From an uncultured Gammaproteobacteria bacterium (lineage in GTDB: Bacteria; Pseudomonadota; Gammaproteobacteria; Xanthomonadales; BPKI01), in contig CAZGKE010000005.1 of the NCBI GenBank assembly GCA_964526035.1, positions 1-47,570 of the forward strand: 47,570 nt of DNA, in the 5' to 3' direction. Below are positions 18,931-28,683 of the stretch, piece after piece (within the stretch, counting starts at the first letter, position 1; the number at the start of each line of letters is the position of its first letter). The position numbers and the translations under genes are program-made. The notes beneath the pieces are model-generated. The model was not told the origin of the DNA and ran no database searches. It worked only from the letters and a program-made list of their open reading frames with translations.

Positions 18931-20802
18931 ATGACTGCCCGCAGCACCTTCTGGTGGCTGTGGGCGGCGCTGCTGGCAGTCAAGCTGGGGCTGGCGGCCA
19001 CGCTGGAGCTGTTCGGTGACGAGGCCTTCTACACTTGGGAAAGTCGGCACCTGGCGGCCGCCTACAGCGACCTGCCTGCTCTGACCGCATGGCTGATCGC
19101 GGCGGGTCGAGAACTGCTGGGCGACCACGTACTGGGAATCCGCGTGCCGTTCCTGGCGCTTGCGGCGCTGCTGCCGTTCCTGGTGCTGCGCCTGGGTCGT
19201 CGCTGGGCGGGCGAGGAGGATGCGTGGCGCGCAGCGCTGCTGGCGCTGCTGCTGCCGCTGTGCGCCAGTCTGGGGGTGCTGGCGCTTCCCGATGCGGCCC
19301 TGCTGGTGCTCGCGCTGCTCGCCCTGGACAGTTTCGACCGTTCGCTGCGCGACAACAGCATCCGCTGGTGGCTGGCGACCGGTTTCTGGGTGGCGTTGGG
19401 CCTCAACGTGCATTTCCGCTTTCTGGTCCCGGTGGCGGCGGCGCTGCTGGTGCTGTTGTTCAGTCCCAGGGCGCGCCCCGCATGGCGCTCGCCCGGCCTG
19501 TGGCTCGCCTTTTTTATCGCTGCAATGGGACTGGTGCCGCAGGTGCTTTACCACATCGATAGCCGCGGCGTGGCGCTGGGCTTCCAGTTCGTCGAGCGGC
19601 ACCCCTGGTCGTTCCAGTGGCAGGGCCTTCTGCATCTGCCGGTGCAGGCGCTGGTGACCACACCTCTCCTCTATCTGGGACTGCTGCTGTCGTTGTTTGC
19701 CGTACTTCGCGGTCGCCCTTCCGCGGCCCCCCGTGACCTTCTGCTGGCGTTTGCCGGCCTGCCGATTCTGATCTACATGGTGGGCGCGCTGTTTGCCGAC
19801 AATGCGCGCACCAACTTCCACTGGCCTCTCATCGGCTACCTGCCGCTGCTGCCGGTGCTGCCGCTGTGGTGGCGTTCGGCCACAGCGGCATGGCCGGCGG
19901 CCGTGCGTGGCGGCGTGCTTGCCGCGACACTGGGCATGGCGCTGGCCGGGTCCGCCGTGGCACTTGGCTACCTGGCGCTGGCCGCGCGATCACCCTGGAC
20001 CGCGGCGCTCGCCAATTACAAGGCTTTCCCCTCCAATCTGACCGGCTGGCGCGAGGCCGCCGAATCGGCATGGCGCCAGCTCGAGCGTCCGGAACTCGCC
20101 GGAGCCGACCTGTTGGCCGACAACTTCATGATCGGCGCCCAGCTGGAGTTCGAACTGGGTGGCGTGTGGCCGGTGTATGTGCTCGATCACGCTCGCAATC
20201 ACCACCATGGTCGTGCTGCGCAGCTCGCGCAGTGGGGGCGCGATGAGCGTGGATGGCGTGAACATGGTGCCAGCCGCGCATTGCTGGTCGTTGAAGACAC
20301 CGCGGTGGGTCTCAAGGATCGACCGTCCTGGTACCACGAACTGTGTGCGCGACTCGGCAACATGCGTCTGCTCGGCGAGCGGTCTCTGTTCGCCGGCCGG
20401 CGGCGGTTCCTTTACTTTCTCGTCGAGCAGTCCAGCGACGCGGCGGACGGACACTGCGAGATTCCGGCGCTTGCCTATATCGACCTTCCCGAGAAACACG
20501 AGGTGCTTCGCTCCAGGCCCTTGCGTCTGAGTGGCTGGGCGATCCAGGACGGCGTTGGAATCCGCTCGGTGCAGGTGCTGATTGATGGGAAAGAGGTTGC
20601 GGTCGCGGACTACGGAGTGCCGACCCCCGGTGTGCATGCACAGTGGCCGTTCTCCACCGACCCCAATCACCCCGATGTTGGTTTCACCGCAGACCTCGAC
20701 CTGTCATCGCTGGCGCCAGGTCGCTACCGTATCGCGCTGCGGCTGACCGGAAGGGATGGCTCGGTGCGTGAGTTCCCCGAGGAATCTCTGGTGGTCCGAT
20801 AG
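18931..20802 (+). CDS. GT-C fold glycosyltransferase (GT39/ArnT-like) with C-terminal Ig-like domain
   Basis: FGDEAFY...AYSDLP N-terminal loop, many TM helices, beta-rich soluble tail. Confidence 0.8.
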   Translation: MTARSTFWWLWAALLAVKLGLAATLELFGDEAFYTWESRHLAAAYSDLPALTAWLIAAGRELLGDHVLGIRVPFLALAALLPFLVLRLGRRWAGEEDAWRAALLALLLPLCASLGVLALPDAALLVLALLALDSFDRSLRDNSIRWWLATGFWVALGLNVHFRFLVPVAAALLVLLFSPRARPAWRSPGLWLAFFIAAMGLVPQVLYHIDSRGVALGFQFVERHPWSFQWQGLLHLPVQALVTTPLLYLGLLLSLFAVLRGRPSAAPRDLLLAFAGLPILIYMVGALFADNARTNFHWPLIGYLPLLPVLPLWWRSATAAWPAAVRGGVLAATLGMALAGSAVALGYLALAARSPWTAALANYKAFPSNLTGWREAAESAWRQLERPELAGADLLADNFMIGAQLEFELGGVWPVYVLDHARNHHHGRAAQLAQWGRDERGWREHGASRALLVVEDTAVGLKDRPSWYHELCARLGNMRLLGERSLFAGRRRFLYFLVEQSSDAADGHCEIPALAYIDLPEKHEVLRSRPLRLSGWAIQDGVGIRSVQVLIDGKEVAVADYGVPTPGVHAQWPFSTDPNHPDVGFTADLDLSSLAPGRYRIALRLTGRDGSVREFPEESLVVR

Positions 20803-20938
20803 CGATGGGATCGTATTCCAGTCAGCATCCGGGCGTTCACATTCAGGGCGTTCTCCTGACGGTGCGCCGGTTGACATCTGCTCCACATTGCTCGCATCTA
20901 GTATCGGAGCAACCACGGACCGCTTCAAGGCAAGACTC

Positions 20939-21868
20939 ATGACTTCCCGTTGCCTCCGGATGCATCTGTTGCCGGCTCTCCTGGTCCTGGCGTGGACTCC
21001 TTCCGTGGCACAACAGAACGTCCTGTTCGTCCGGGGCGCCGATCGCTCCGGCGGATTCCTTGAAGCGGGCAACGACGCCGAGCGCACCGAACAGCTCGCC
21101 GACATCTTCAACATGAGCACGTCCGGTGGAAACCACGGCTGGGGCGAACTCCGCCAGGCGCTGGAGGCCGACGGTTACACGGTTGAGCAGATCACCGAGC
21201 AGGCCGAGAACCAGAGCGGTCCTTCGCAGGGAATCGCGGTATCGTTCGAGCAGATGGATCTCTCGCAATATGACGTCATCGTGCTCGGCTCCAACAATGC
21301 CGTCTATGACACGGCCGGCATCGACGCGCTGGAAAACTGGATTCGCGCCGGCGGCGGCGCCCTGTTCATTTCGGATGCCAACTTCGGCAGCGACTGGGCC
21401 GATGCGCCTGATTCCGACCAGCAGTTCCTGGATCGATTCGGTCTGGTGATGAACCAGGATCAGGGGACTTATTCGCTGCGCCGCAGCAGCGGGGACTTCG
21501 CAGTGCCCGACCACCCGATCCTGGTCGGCGTGGACGAATTCGATGGCGAAGGCGTTTCGCCTGTTGTTGCCGTCGATCAGGGAACGGTGCTGGTGGGTGC
21601 CAAGGACAACACCCGCGTCAACGAGCCCCCTTTCGGTGCCAACAACCAGGGCCAGAGCCGTGCGGTCACGCCGCTGGACGCTGCACTTCTGGTGCTTGAA
21701 GCGGATGCCGGACGCCTTGCCGGGCACTTCGACCGCAACACCTTTTTCAACCTCAACGGCGCCGGGACCAGCATCCATCGTTTCGACAACATGACCTACG
21801 CGCTCAACCTGTTTGCCTGGCTCGCCAACCGCGACCTCGACAGCGTCTTTGCCGACGGCTTCGAATAG
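20939..21868 (+). CDS. Secreted acidic protein, class I GATase-like (DUF4350/ThuA-like) fold, GFE tail
   Basis: Signal peptide, LSQYDVIVLG...WIRAGGGALFISD, ends DSVFADGFE. Confidence 0.75.
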   Translation: MTSRCLRMHLLPALLVLAWTPSVAQQNVLFVRGADRSGGFLEAGNDAERTEQLADIFNMSTSGGNHGWGELRQALEADGYTVEQITEQAENQSGPSQGIAVSFEQMDLSQYDVIVLGSNNAVYDTAGIDALENWIRAGGGALFISDANFGSDWADAPDSDQQFLDRFGLVMNQDQGTYSLRRSSGDFAVPDHPILVGVDEFDGEGVSPVVAVDQGTVLVGAKDNTRVNEPPFGANNQGQSRAVTPLDAALLVLEADAGRLAGHFDRNTFFNLNGAGTSIHRFDNMTYALNLFAWLANRDLDSVFADGFE

Positions 21869-21930
21869 GTCGCCGACCCGCAAAGATCGGAGGCTGCCAG
21901 CACATACAGCTGCGTCGCGGGTCGGGTCGA

Positions 21931-22515
21931 TCAGGGTACAGCGATGCCCGCCTGGCGCAGCAGACGGCACAGGCCGATCAAGGGCAGGCCGATCAGCGCG
22001 GTGGGGTCTTCGCTTTGCACGGCATCGAAGAGGCTGATGCCGAGGCTCTCGACCTTGAAGCTGCCGGCGCAGTCGACCGCCGGTTCCCGCGCCAGATAGC
22101 GTTCTATCTCTTCACCGTCGAGGGGGCGCAACAGCACCTCGGTACGGTCGCTCCAGGAAGCGCGGAAGCCGTCGCTGACGCGCACGACGCTGACCGAGGT
22201 GTGGAACGCAATGCGTTGGCCGGCGCACAGCCTGAGCTGTTCGGCGGCACGCTCCACGCTTCCGGGTTTGCCCAGGGCGCGCCCGCCAAGGTCAGCGGTC
22301 TGGTCGGAGCCGATCACGCAAGCTTCGGGAAAGCGGGCAGCAACGGCGTCGGCCTTGGCTTCGGCGAGCCGCAGCGCGAGCTGCCCCGGCGCTTCGTCGG
22401 GATGCTGGCTTTCGTCGATGTCCGGACTGAGCGCGCGGAACGGCAGGCCGAGGCGCTTGAGAAGTGCCGCACGATACGGCGATCCCGAGGCCAGAATCAG
22501 ATCCATGTCAGTCAT
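21931..22515 (-). CDS. maf: Maf family nucleotide pyrophosphatase (YceF-like)
   Basis: LILASGSPYR, IGSDQ, DCAGSFKVE, LIGLP. Confidence 0.93.
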   Translation of the reverse strand: MTDMDLILASGSPYRAALLKRLGLPFRALSPDIDESQHPDEAPGQLALRLAEAKADAVAARFPEACVIGSDQTADLGGRALGKPGSVERAAEQLRLCAGQRIAFHTSVSVVRVSDGFRASWSDRTEVLLRPLDGEEIERYLAREPAVDCAGSFKVESLGISLFDAVQSEDPTALIGLPLIGLCRLLRQAGIAVP

Positions 22516-22987
22516 GGTTGCCCGGGCGGCGCGCTTCAGGCGGCGCCTCGACCAGACCAGAGGTGGCTTCGCAGGCCTGTTCCAGGTCGCGTCCGGCGGC
22601 GACCAGCTGCGCCAGATGCGTGGCCAGGCGTTCGCGCGAACGAGCCACCGATGTCAGCGCCTCGTCAAGCGCCTGCTGGGTGGCCTCGGTACCGTGGCGC
22701 TGGATCCACAGGCGATGTTCGAGCACGTCGCGCAGCGCCAGCCGTACCTGTTCGCCGGAATCCAGCGAGGCCATCGCCACGGCGCTGATGTCGGCTGGAA
22801 CCTGGCCCACCACGTCCTGCAGGGAATGCATGCGTCGGCGGCATTCATGCAGCTGGGCCTCCAAGCCGTCGATTTCGTCGAGCAGACTGGCCAGCGTGGT
22901 CTGCCGGCGCATCCACCCACGATGGCGCAGCCACCAGACCAGCAGCAGCAGGGTCACGCCGACGAGCAGGGCGAGCAGCAGTTCCAA
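22508..22987 (-). CDS. Hypothetical membrane-anchored coiled-coil protein
   Basis: N-terminal hydrophobic helix then coiled coil; overlaps the maf start; TTG start inferred. Confidence 0.65.
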   Translation of the reverse strand: MELLLALLVGVTLLLLVWWLRHRGWMRRQTTLASLLDEIDGLEAQLHECRRRMHSLQDVVGQVPADISAVAMASLDSGEQVRLALRDVLEHRLWIQRHGTEATQQALDEALTSVARSRERLATHLAQLVAAGRDLEQACEATSGLVEAPPEARRPGNHD

Positions 22988-23088
22988 ATGGGCGGGTTCG
23001 GGTCGTCGGCGGGCCGGGATTCGCCAGTCTGCCCGACGCGGCGCGCGCCCGCAAAGCCTGCGCGAAAACACGAGCAGGGACTTATTCC

Positions 23089-23117
23089 TTGACGCTTGTC
23101 GGCGCCGACCCTATCAT
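23089..23117 (+). promoter_or_regulatory. Sigma70 promoter of yceD-rpmF
   Basis: TTGACG-N17-TATCAT. Confidence 0.8.
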
Positions 23118-23126
23118 CGCGCGCCC

Positions 23127-23639
23127 ATGTCTGCCGGCCTGCCCGATCGAGTGGACGCCTGGCGGATGGTGGCGCAGCGCAGATTGTTCTCGGGCGCAGC
23201 GCCGCTGGCGCAGATGTCCAGGCTTCGCGACCTCCTCGCCGATGCTGTCGGCGACGCCCGCTATGAAATCGAGTTCGGCACCGACGAGTTTTCGTGGCCG
23301 TTCGCGGCGGTGAGGGTCACCACCGAGCTGCATCTGACGTGCCAGCGTACGTTCGAGGTGTTTGCGCTGCCGATAGAACTGGACAGTCGCCTGGGTCTGA
23401 TTCGCGACGAGCGCGAAGAAGCCGCGCTGCCGCCGGGCTACGAAGCCCTGCTGGTGCCGGAGGACGGCCACCTGGCGCCGCTCGACCTGATCGAGGACGA
23501 GCTGCTGTTGCAGGTGCCGGTGGCACCCCTGTCGCCGGGTGGGCCGGAGGATGGACAGGCGGTGTGGAGCACCGGCGAGGCTGAAGACGGCGGGCGCGAG
23601 AATCCCTTCACAGCCCTCAAGGACTGGAAGAAGCTTTAG
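23127..23639 (+). CDS. yceD: YceD (DUF177) protein
   Basis: LTCQRT, LIEDELLL, ENPFTALK; upstream of rpmF. Confidence 0.92.
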   Translation: MSAGLPDRVDAWRMVAQRRLFSGAAPLAQMSRLRDLLADAVGDARYEIEFGTDEFSWPFAAVRVTTELHLTCQRTFEVFALPIELDSRLGLIRDEREEAALPPGYEALLVPEDGHLAPLDLIEDELLLQVPVAPLSPGGPEDGQAVWSTGEAEDGGRENPFTALKDWKKL

Positions 23640-23663
23640 ACTATTGTTTTTCGGAGTAATGAA

Positions 23664-23864
23664 ATGGCTGTCCAGAAAAGTCGTAAATCGCCGTCGAAGC
23701 GCGGCATGCGTCGTTCCCATGACGCGCTGAAGTCGGCGCAGCTGTCGACCGACCCGACCACCGGTGAAACCCATCTGCGTCACCACATCACCGCCGATGG
23801 CTTCTATCGTGGTCGCAAGGTCATCGAAGTGAAGAGCGCCGTCGCGGAAGACGACGAGGACTGA
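23664..23864 (+). CDS. rpmF: 50S ribosomal protein L32
   Basis: [31 protein letters not shown]. Confidence 0.98.
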   Translation: MAVQKSRKSPSKRGMRRSHDALKSAQLSTDPTTGETHLRHHITADGFYRGRKVIEVKSAVAEDDED

Positions 23865-24106
23865 ACCGTATCCATCGGCGTCGTCCTGAACGGCGCCCGT
23901 TGCATGCGTTCGGCGATCGGCAGCGTGTCGGAGGGACTTCTTCTGAGCCGTCTTCGGATTCGTGAATACGGCTCACGTGAGTTGCTCTTTGCACCCTGTC
24001 GGTCGTCTGCATGTTTGATTCGCCCATCGGGTGCGCTGGTCTCGCGGCGCCGGGGCATACCGGCATTCCCCCATGAGGGGCGGCCCTCGTTCGGGGAGGA
24101 AGGGCT

Positions 24107-25075
24107 CTGATTCACTCACGAATAGCGGGCACCGGCAGTTTCCTGCCGGAACGCATCGTCACCAATGCCGAGATGGAAAAGCTCGTCGACACCACCGACG
24201 AGTGGATCCGTGATCGCACCGGTATCCGCCAGCGCCACATCGCCGCCGACGGGCAGACCACCGGAGATCTCGCCTACGGCGCGGCGCTGCGCGCCATGGA
24301 AGCCGCGGGTATCAGTGCGGCCGAGATCGATCTGATCGTGGTCGGCACGACGACGCCCGACCTCATTTTCCCGAGTACCGCGTGTCTGCTGCAGCATCGG
24401 CTGGGCGCCAATGGCTGCGCCGCGATGGACGTCAACGCGGCCTGCACGGGTTTCATCTACGCGCTGGCGGTCGCCGACAAGTTCGTGCGCGCTGGCGGCG
24501 TGCGCAACGCCCTGGTGATCGGCGCCGAAACGCTTTCGCGCATGCTCGACTGGTCCGATCGCGGCACCTGCGTGCTGTTCGGCGATGGCGCCGGTGCGGT
24601 GGTGCTGCAGCCCGACGAAGCGCCGGGCGTGGTCTCCACCCATCTGCACGCCGACGGCGGCTACAAGGAATTGCTGTACAACCCGGTCGGCGTGTCGGTC
24701 GGCTTCAAGGACGAGAAGAACCACGGCGTTCGGGTGCTGATGACCGGCAACGAGGTGTTCAAGGTTGCGGTCAAGACGCTGGATTCGGTGGTCGGCGAAA
24801 CCCTTGAGGCCAACGGCCTGGAAAAGAGCGACATCGACTGGCTGATCCCGCACCAGGCCAATCTGCGCATCATCACCGCCACCGCCAAACGACTGTCCAT
24901 GTCGATGGACCGTGTGATCGTCACCGTCGATCGCCACGGCAATACTTCGGCCGCTTCGGTGCCGATGGCGCTTGATGAGGCGGTACGTTCGGGCAGGATC
25001 AAGCGCGGAGAACTGCTTCTGCTGGAGGCCTTCGGCGGAGGCTTTACCTGGGGCTCGGCGCTGGTGCGGTACTAG
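24107..25075 (+). CDS. fabH: Beta-ketoacyl-ACP synthase III
   Basis: [26 protein letters not shown]; extended to a CTG start to include [11 protein letters not shown]. Confidence 0.95.
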   Translation: MIHSRIAGTGSFLPERIVTNAEMEKLVDTTDEWIRDRTGIRQRHIAADGQTTGDLAYGAALRAMEAAGISAAEIDLIVVGTTTPDLIFPSTACLLQHRLGANGCAAMDVNAACTGFIYALAVADKFVRAGGVRNALVIGAETLSRMLDWSDRGTCVLFGDGAGAVVLQPDEAPGVVSTHLHADGGYKELLYNPVGVSVGFKDEKNHGVRVLMTGNEVFKVAVKTLDSVVGETLEANGLEKSDIDWLIPHQANLRIITATAKRLSMSMDRVIVTVDRHGNTSAASVPMALDEAVRSGRIKRGELLLLEAFGGGFTWGSALVRY

Positions 25076-25080
25076 AGAGC

Positions 25081-25113
25081 CGGGACCTCGGGACCGCGGG
25101 ACCCGGGACCCGG
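25081..25113 (+). repeat. CGGGACC(N) 7-8-mer tandem array
   Basis: Four units; inverted partner at 25256-25276. Confidence 0.75.
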
Positions 25114-25240
25114 AAAGGCGGTTCGGCGAGTGCGATGGGGAATCTCCAGCGTGCAGGTTTCGGGTTTGCGCTCCCGTTCAGCATAGGAGAGTGGTGAGAG
25201 TCCCGGTGAAGAAGAGCATTGAAGTGGCAGGAAACCTCGC

Positions 25241-26215
25241 ATGACTACCTCGACACCCGAATCCCGGGTCCCGAACAACACGTCCCGGCTTGCTTTCGTC
25301 TTCCCCGGCCAGGGCTCCCAATCGGTCGGCATGCTGACGGCGCTGTCTGAAGCGCAGCCTGAAGTCCGCGAAACGTTCGCCGAAGCCTCCGAGGCGGTCG
25401 GCTTCGACCTGTGGAAGTTGTCCCAGGAAGGCCCGCAGGAGGATCTCAACCGCACCGAGAACACCCAGCCAGCGCTGCTGGCCGCGGGCATGGCCGTATG
25501 GCGCTGCTGGCTGGCGCGCGGTGGGGCGCAGCCGTCGCTGCTGTCGGGGCACAGTCTCGGCGAATACACGGCGCTGGTGTGCGCCGGGGCACTCGCGTTT
25601 GGCCAGGCCGCGCGCCTGGTGCGTACCCGCGGACAGCTGATGCAGGCGGCCGTGGCTGAGGGCCAGGGCGCGATGGCGGCCGTACTGGGGACCGAAGATG
25701 CGCTGGTCGAGCAGGTCTGCGCCGAAGTCGCGGGTGACGAGGTCGTGCAGCCGGCGAACTACAATTCGCCTGGCCAGATCGTGATCGCCGGTCATTCTGC
25801 AGCAGTTGACCGCGCGCTTTCGGCGCTGGCGGGCCGCGGCGTTCGCAAGGCGGTCAGGCTTCCGGTCAGCGTTCCCTCGCACTGCGGGCTGATGCGCGAG
25901 GCCGCTGATCGGCTAGCGGAAGCGCTCGCGGGCACCGATATATCTATGCCAAAAATACCTGTTATTCATAATGTTGAGGCAAAAACCTCAAGTGATGTGG
26001 TGTCAATCCGCGCAGCCTTGGCGGCCCAGCTCCACCGGCCGGTGCGCTGGACTGAATGCGTGCAGGCGCTCGCTTCCGGAGGGGCCGACCGAATTGCAGA
26101 ATGCGGACCCGGCAAGGTGCTGGCGGGGCTGGTGAAGCGCATCGACAAGAGCCTCGATGCGCGGGTGCTGGGTCACCCTGAAGACATGGATGCTGCCCTG
26201 GCTGCCTGGGCCTGA
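25241..26215 (+). CDS. fabD: Malonyl-CoA:ACP transacylase
   Basis: FPGQGSQ, GHSLGE, VSVPSH motifs. Confidence 0.96.
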   Translation: MTTSTPESRVPNNTSRLAFVFPGQGSQSVGMLTALSEAQPEVRETFAEASEAVGFDLWKLSQEGPQEDLNRTENTQPALLAAGMAVWRCWLARGGAQPSLLSGHSLGEYTALVCAGALAFGQAARLVRTRGQLMQAAVAEGQGAMAAVLGTEDALVEQVCAEVAGDEVVQPANYNSPGQIVIAGHSAAVDRALSALAGRGVRKAVRLPVSVPSHCGLMREAADRLAEALAGTDISMPKIPVIHNVEAKTSSDVVSIRAALAAQLHRPVRWTECVQALASGGADRIAECGPGKVLAGLVKRIDKSLDARVLGHPEDMDAALAAWA

Positions 26216-26242
26216 ACTTCTCCATCCATCGATAATGAGCGC

Positions 26243-26992
26243 ATGAGCACGAAACGACCCCTCGACGGCGATATCGCACTGGTCACTGGAGCCAGCCGTG
26301 GCATCGGCGCGGCGATTGCCGACGAACTGGCGGCGCAGGGTGCGCGCGTCGTCGGCACCGCCACCAGTGAGGCCGGTGCGGCGGCCATTGCTGAACGGCT
26401 TGCTGCCCATGGCGGTCAGGGCCGAGTGCTGGACGTGACCGACGGCGCGGCGATCGAAGCCCTGATCGAGGCTGTGGCCGGCGAACTCGGAGCGATCAGT
26501 ATCCTGGTCAACAATGCCGGGATTACCCGCGACCAGCTGCTGCTGCGCATGAAGGAAGACGACTGGCAGGCCATTCTCGACACCAACCTGTCGTCGGTGT
26601 TTCGAACCTCGAAGGCGGTACTGCGAGGCATGATGAAAGCGCGCAAGGGTCGCATCGTCAGCATCGCCTCGGTGATCGGCCTGACCGGCAACGCAGGACA
26701 GGCCAACTATGCGGCGGCCAAGGCCGGCATCATCGGTTTTTCCAAGTCGCTGGCCCGCGAAGTAGGCAGCCGCGGCATCACCGTAAACGTGGTGGCGCCG
26801 GGATTCATCGATACCGACATGACGCGGGCCTTGCCGGAGGCGCAGCGGCAGTCCATGCTTGGGCAGATTGCACTTGGCCGGTTGGGGGAATCCGCTGATA
26901 TTGCGCGCGCCGTGGCGTTCCTGGCCTCGTCCGCTGCGTCCTATATCACCGGCGAGACCCTGCACGTCAATGGCGGCATGTACATGCCCTGA
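26243..26992 (+). CDS. fabG: 3-oxoacyl-ACP reductase
   Basis: [21 protein letters not shown]. Confidence 0.97.
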   Translation: MSTKRPLDGDIALVTGASRGIGAAIADELAAQGARVVGTATSEAGAAAIAERLAAHGGQGRVLDVTDGAAIEALIEAVAGELGAISILVNNAGITRDQLLLRMKEDDWQAILDTNLSSVFRTSKAVLRGMMKARKGRIVSIASVIGLTGNAGQANYAAAKAGIIGFSKSLAREVGSRGITVNVVAPGFIDTDMTRALPEAQRQSMLGQIALGRLGESADIARAVAFLASSAASYITGETLHVNGGMYMP

Positions 26993-27090
26993 CGCCGTTC
27001 GCGGCGCGGGGGAATATTGAACGATTTGTGGCGTGGTGCGTGGCCTTCATCTACAATCCGCGCGCTTTCAACCGGGAGGTCTTGGTACCC

Positions 27091-27330
27091 ATGAGCAGCA
27101 TTGAAGAACGCGTCAAGAAGATCGTCGTCGAACAGCTTGGCGTGAAGGAAGAGGAAGTCACCCCGACTGCTTCCTTCGTGGACGATCTGGGCGCGGATTC
27201 GCTCGATACGGTGGAACTGGTGATGGCGCTCGAGGAAGAGTTCGAGTGTGAGATTCCCGATGAGGAAGCCGAGAAGATCACCAGCGTCCAGCAGGCCATC
27301 GATTACATCAAGGCCCACGTGAAGTCCTGA
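27091..27330 (+). CDS. acpP: Acyl carrier protein
   Basis: [12 protein letters not shown]; GGAGG RBS; TACAAT at 27052. Confidence 0.98.
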   Translation: MSSIEERVKKIVVEQLGVKEEEVTPTASFVDDLGADSLDTVELVMALEEEFECEIPDEEAEKITSVQQAIDYIKAHVKS

Positions 27331-27342
27331 GGCTTCCATGGC

Positions 27343-27366
27343 GACACGGCGGGTTCCCGCCGTGTC
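27343..27366 (+). other. Strong hairpin after acpP (mRNA stabiliser or partial terminator)
   Basis: GACACGGCGGG-TT-CCCGCCGTGTC, no U-tract. Confidence 0.6.
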
Positions 27367-27444
27367 CGCCGGTCGTGACGCAATGCATGCTGGCTTGCGT
27401 CGCGGCGCTCTGCGTACCCCTTGCATCGTTTCCGAGGTGACCTC

Positions 27445-28683
27445 ATGAGCAAGCGACGCGTTGTCGTTACCGGCCTCGGCATCGTCTCGCCCGTGGGCAA
27501 TGACGTGCCCAACGCCTGGGAAAGCATCGCCAACGGTGTTTCCGGCATAGGCCCGGTGACCCACTTCGATGCCAGCACTTTCCCGACCCGTATCGCGGGA
27601 GAAATTCGTGACTTCGATGCGGCAGCATGGATGCCGCCGAAGGATGTCAAGAAAATGGATCCCTTCATGCACTACGGCCTGTCGGCTTCGGTGCAGGCCC
27701 TGCGTGATGCCGGGATGGAGGTGAGCGAGTCCAATGCCGAGCGAATCGGCGTAGCTGTCGGCGCCGGAATCGGCGGTATCGCGGCGATCGAAAAGACCTC
27801 GATCCAGTTCGCCGAGTCCGGCGTGCGCAAGATCTCGCCGTTCTTCGTACCGAGTTCGATCATCAACATGGTTTCGGGGAACCTGTCGATCATGACCGGC
27901 ATCAAGGGGCCCAATCTGGCCGCGGTGTCGGCCTGCGCCACCGCCAACCACAACATCGGGCTGGCCATGCGCATGATCCAGTACGGTGATGCCGACGCCA
28001 TGGTGGCCGGCGGGACCGAGTATGCGACCACCGGCGTGGCGATGGGCGGCTTCTGTTCGGCGCGCGCGATGTCCACGCGCAACGATGAGCCGACGCGTGC
28101 CAGTCGGCCCTGGGACAAGGATCGCGACGGTTTCGTCCTTGCTGACGGCGCCGGGGTGCTGATCCTCGAGGAGTACGATCATGCCCGGGCGCGCGGCGCC
28201 CGCATCTACTGCGAGCTAGTCGGCTTCGGCATGAGTGGAGACGCTTACCACATGACCGCGCCCAGCGAGAACGGCGAGGGCGCGGCGCGCTGCATGACGA
28301 ACGCACTGCGCGATGCAAGGCTCGCGCCGGATGCGGTCGGCTACGTGAACGCGCACGGCACGTCCACGCCCTTGGGTGATCTCGCCGAAGTGCAGGCGCT
28401 CAAGTCCTGCTTCGGGGATCACGCACGCAAGCTGATGGTGAGTTCGACCAAGTCGATGACCGGGCACCTGCTGGGCGCCGCGGGCGGCGTCGAGGCCATC
28501 TTCTCGATTCTGGGCCTTTACCATGGCGTGATCCCGCCAACCATCAACCTCGACCAGCCGGGCGAGGGCTGCGACCTCGATTTCGTGCCCAATACCGCGC
28601 GCGCCGCGCAGGTCGATGCCGTCTTGTCCAACGGCTTCGGCTTTGGTGGAACCAATGCCTCGCTGATCTTCCGCCGCATCTGA
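27445..28683 (+). CDS. fabF: Beta-ketoacyl-ACP synthase II
   Basis: [28 protein letters not shown]. Confidence 0.97.
   Translation: MSKRRVVVTGLGIVSPVGNDVPNAWESIANGVSGIGPVTHFDASTFPTRIAGEIRDFDAAAWMPPKDVKKMDPFMHYGLSASVQALRDAGMEVSESNAERIGVAVGAGIGGIAAIEKTSIQFAESGVRKISPFFVPSSIINMVSGNLSIMTGIKGPNLAAVSACATANHNIGLAMRMIQYGDADAMVAGGTEYATTGVAMGGFCSARAMSTRNDEPTRASRPWDKDRDGFVLADGAGVLILEEYDHARARGARIYCELVGFGMSGDAYHMTAPSENGEGAARCMTNALRDARLAPDAVGYVNAHGTSTPLGDLAEVQALKSCFGDHARKLMVSSTKSMTGHLLGAAGGVEAIFSILGLYHGVIPPTINLDQPGEGCDLDFVPNTARAAQVDAVLSNGFGFGGTNASLIFRRI

Noticed and set aside
20871-20904. Sigma70 promoter from a perfect TTGACA
   Set aside because: Nearest plausible -10 (TAGTAT) is 22 nt away, so the spacing is wrong
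23865-24106. plsX pseudogene
   Set aside because: No PlsX-like residues recognised in the frames examined; plsX absence is usual in this lineage
25961-25990. dif site (CATAATGT resembles part of the XerC arm)
   Set aside because: No XerD arm TTATGTTAAAT, and it lies within an essential CDS
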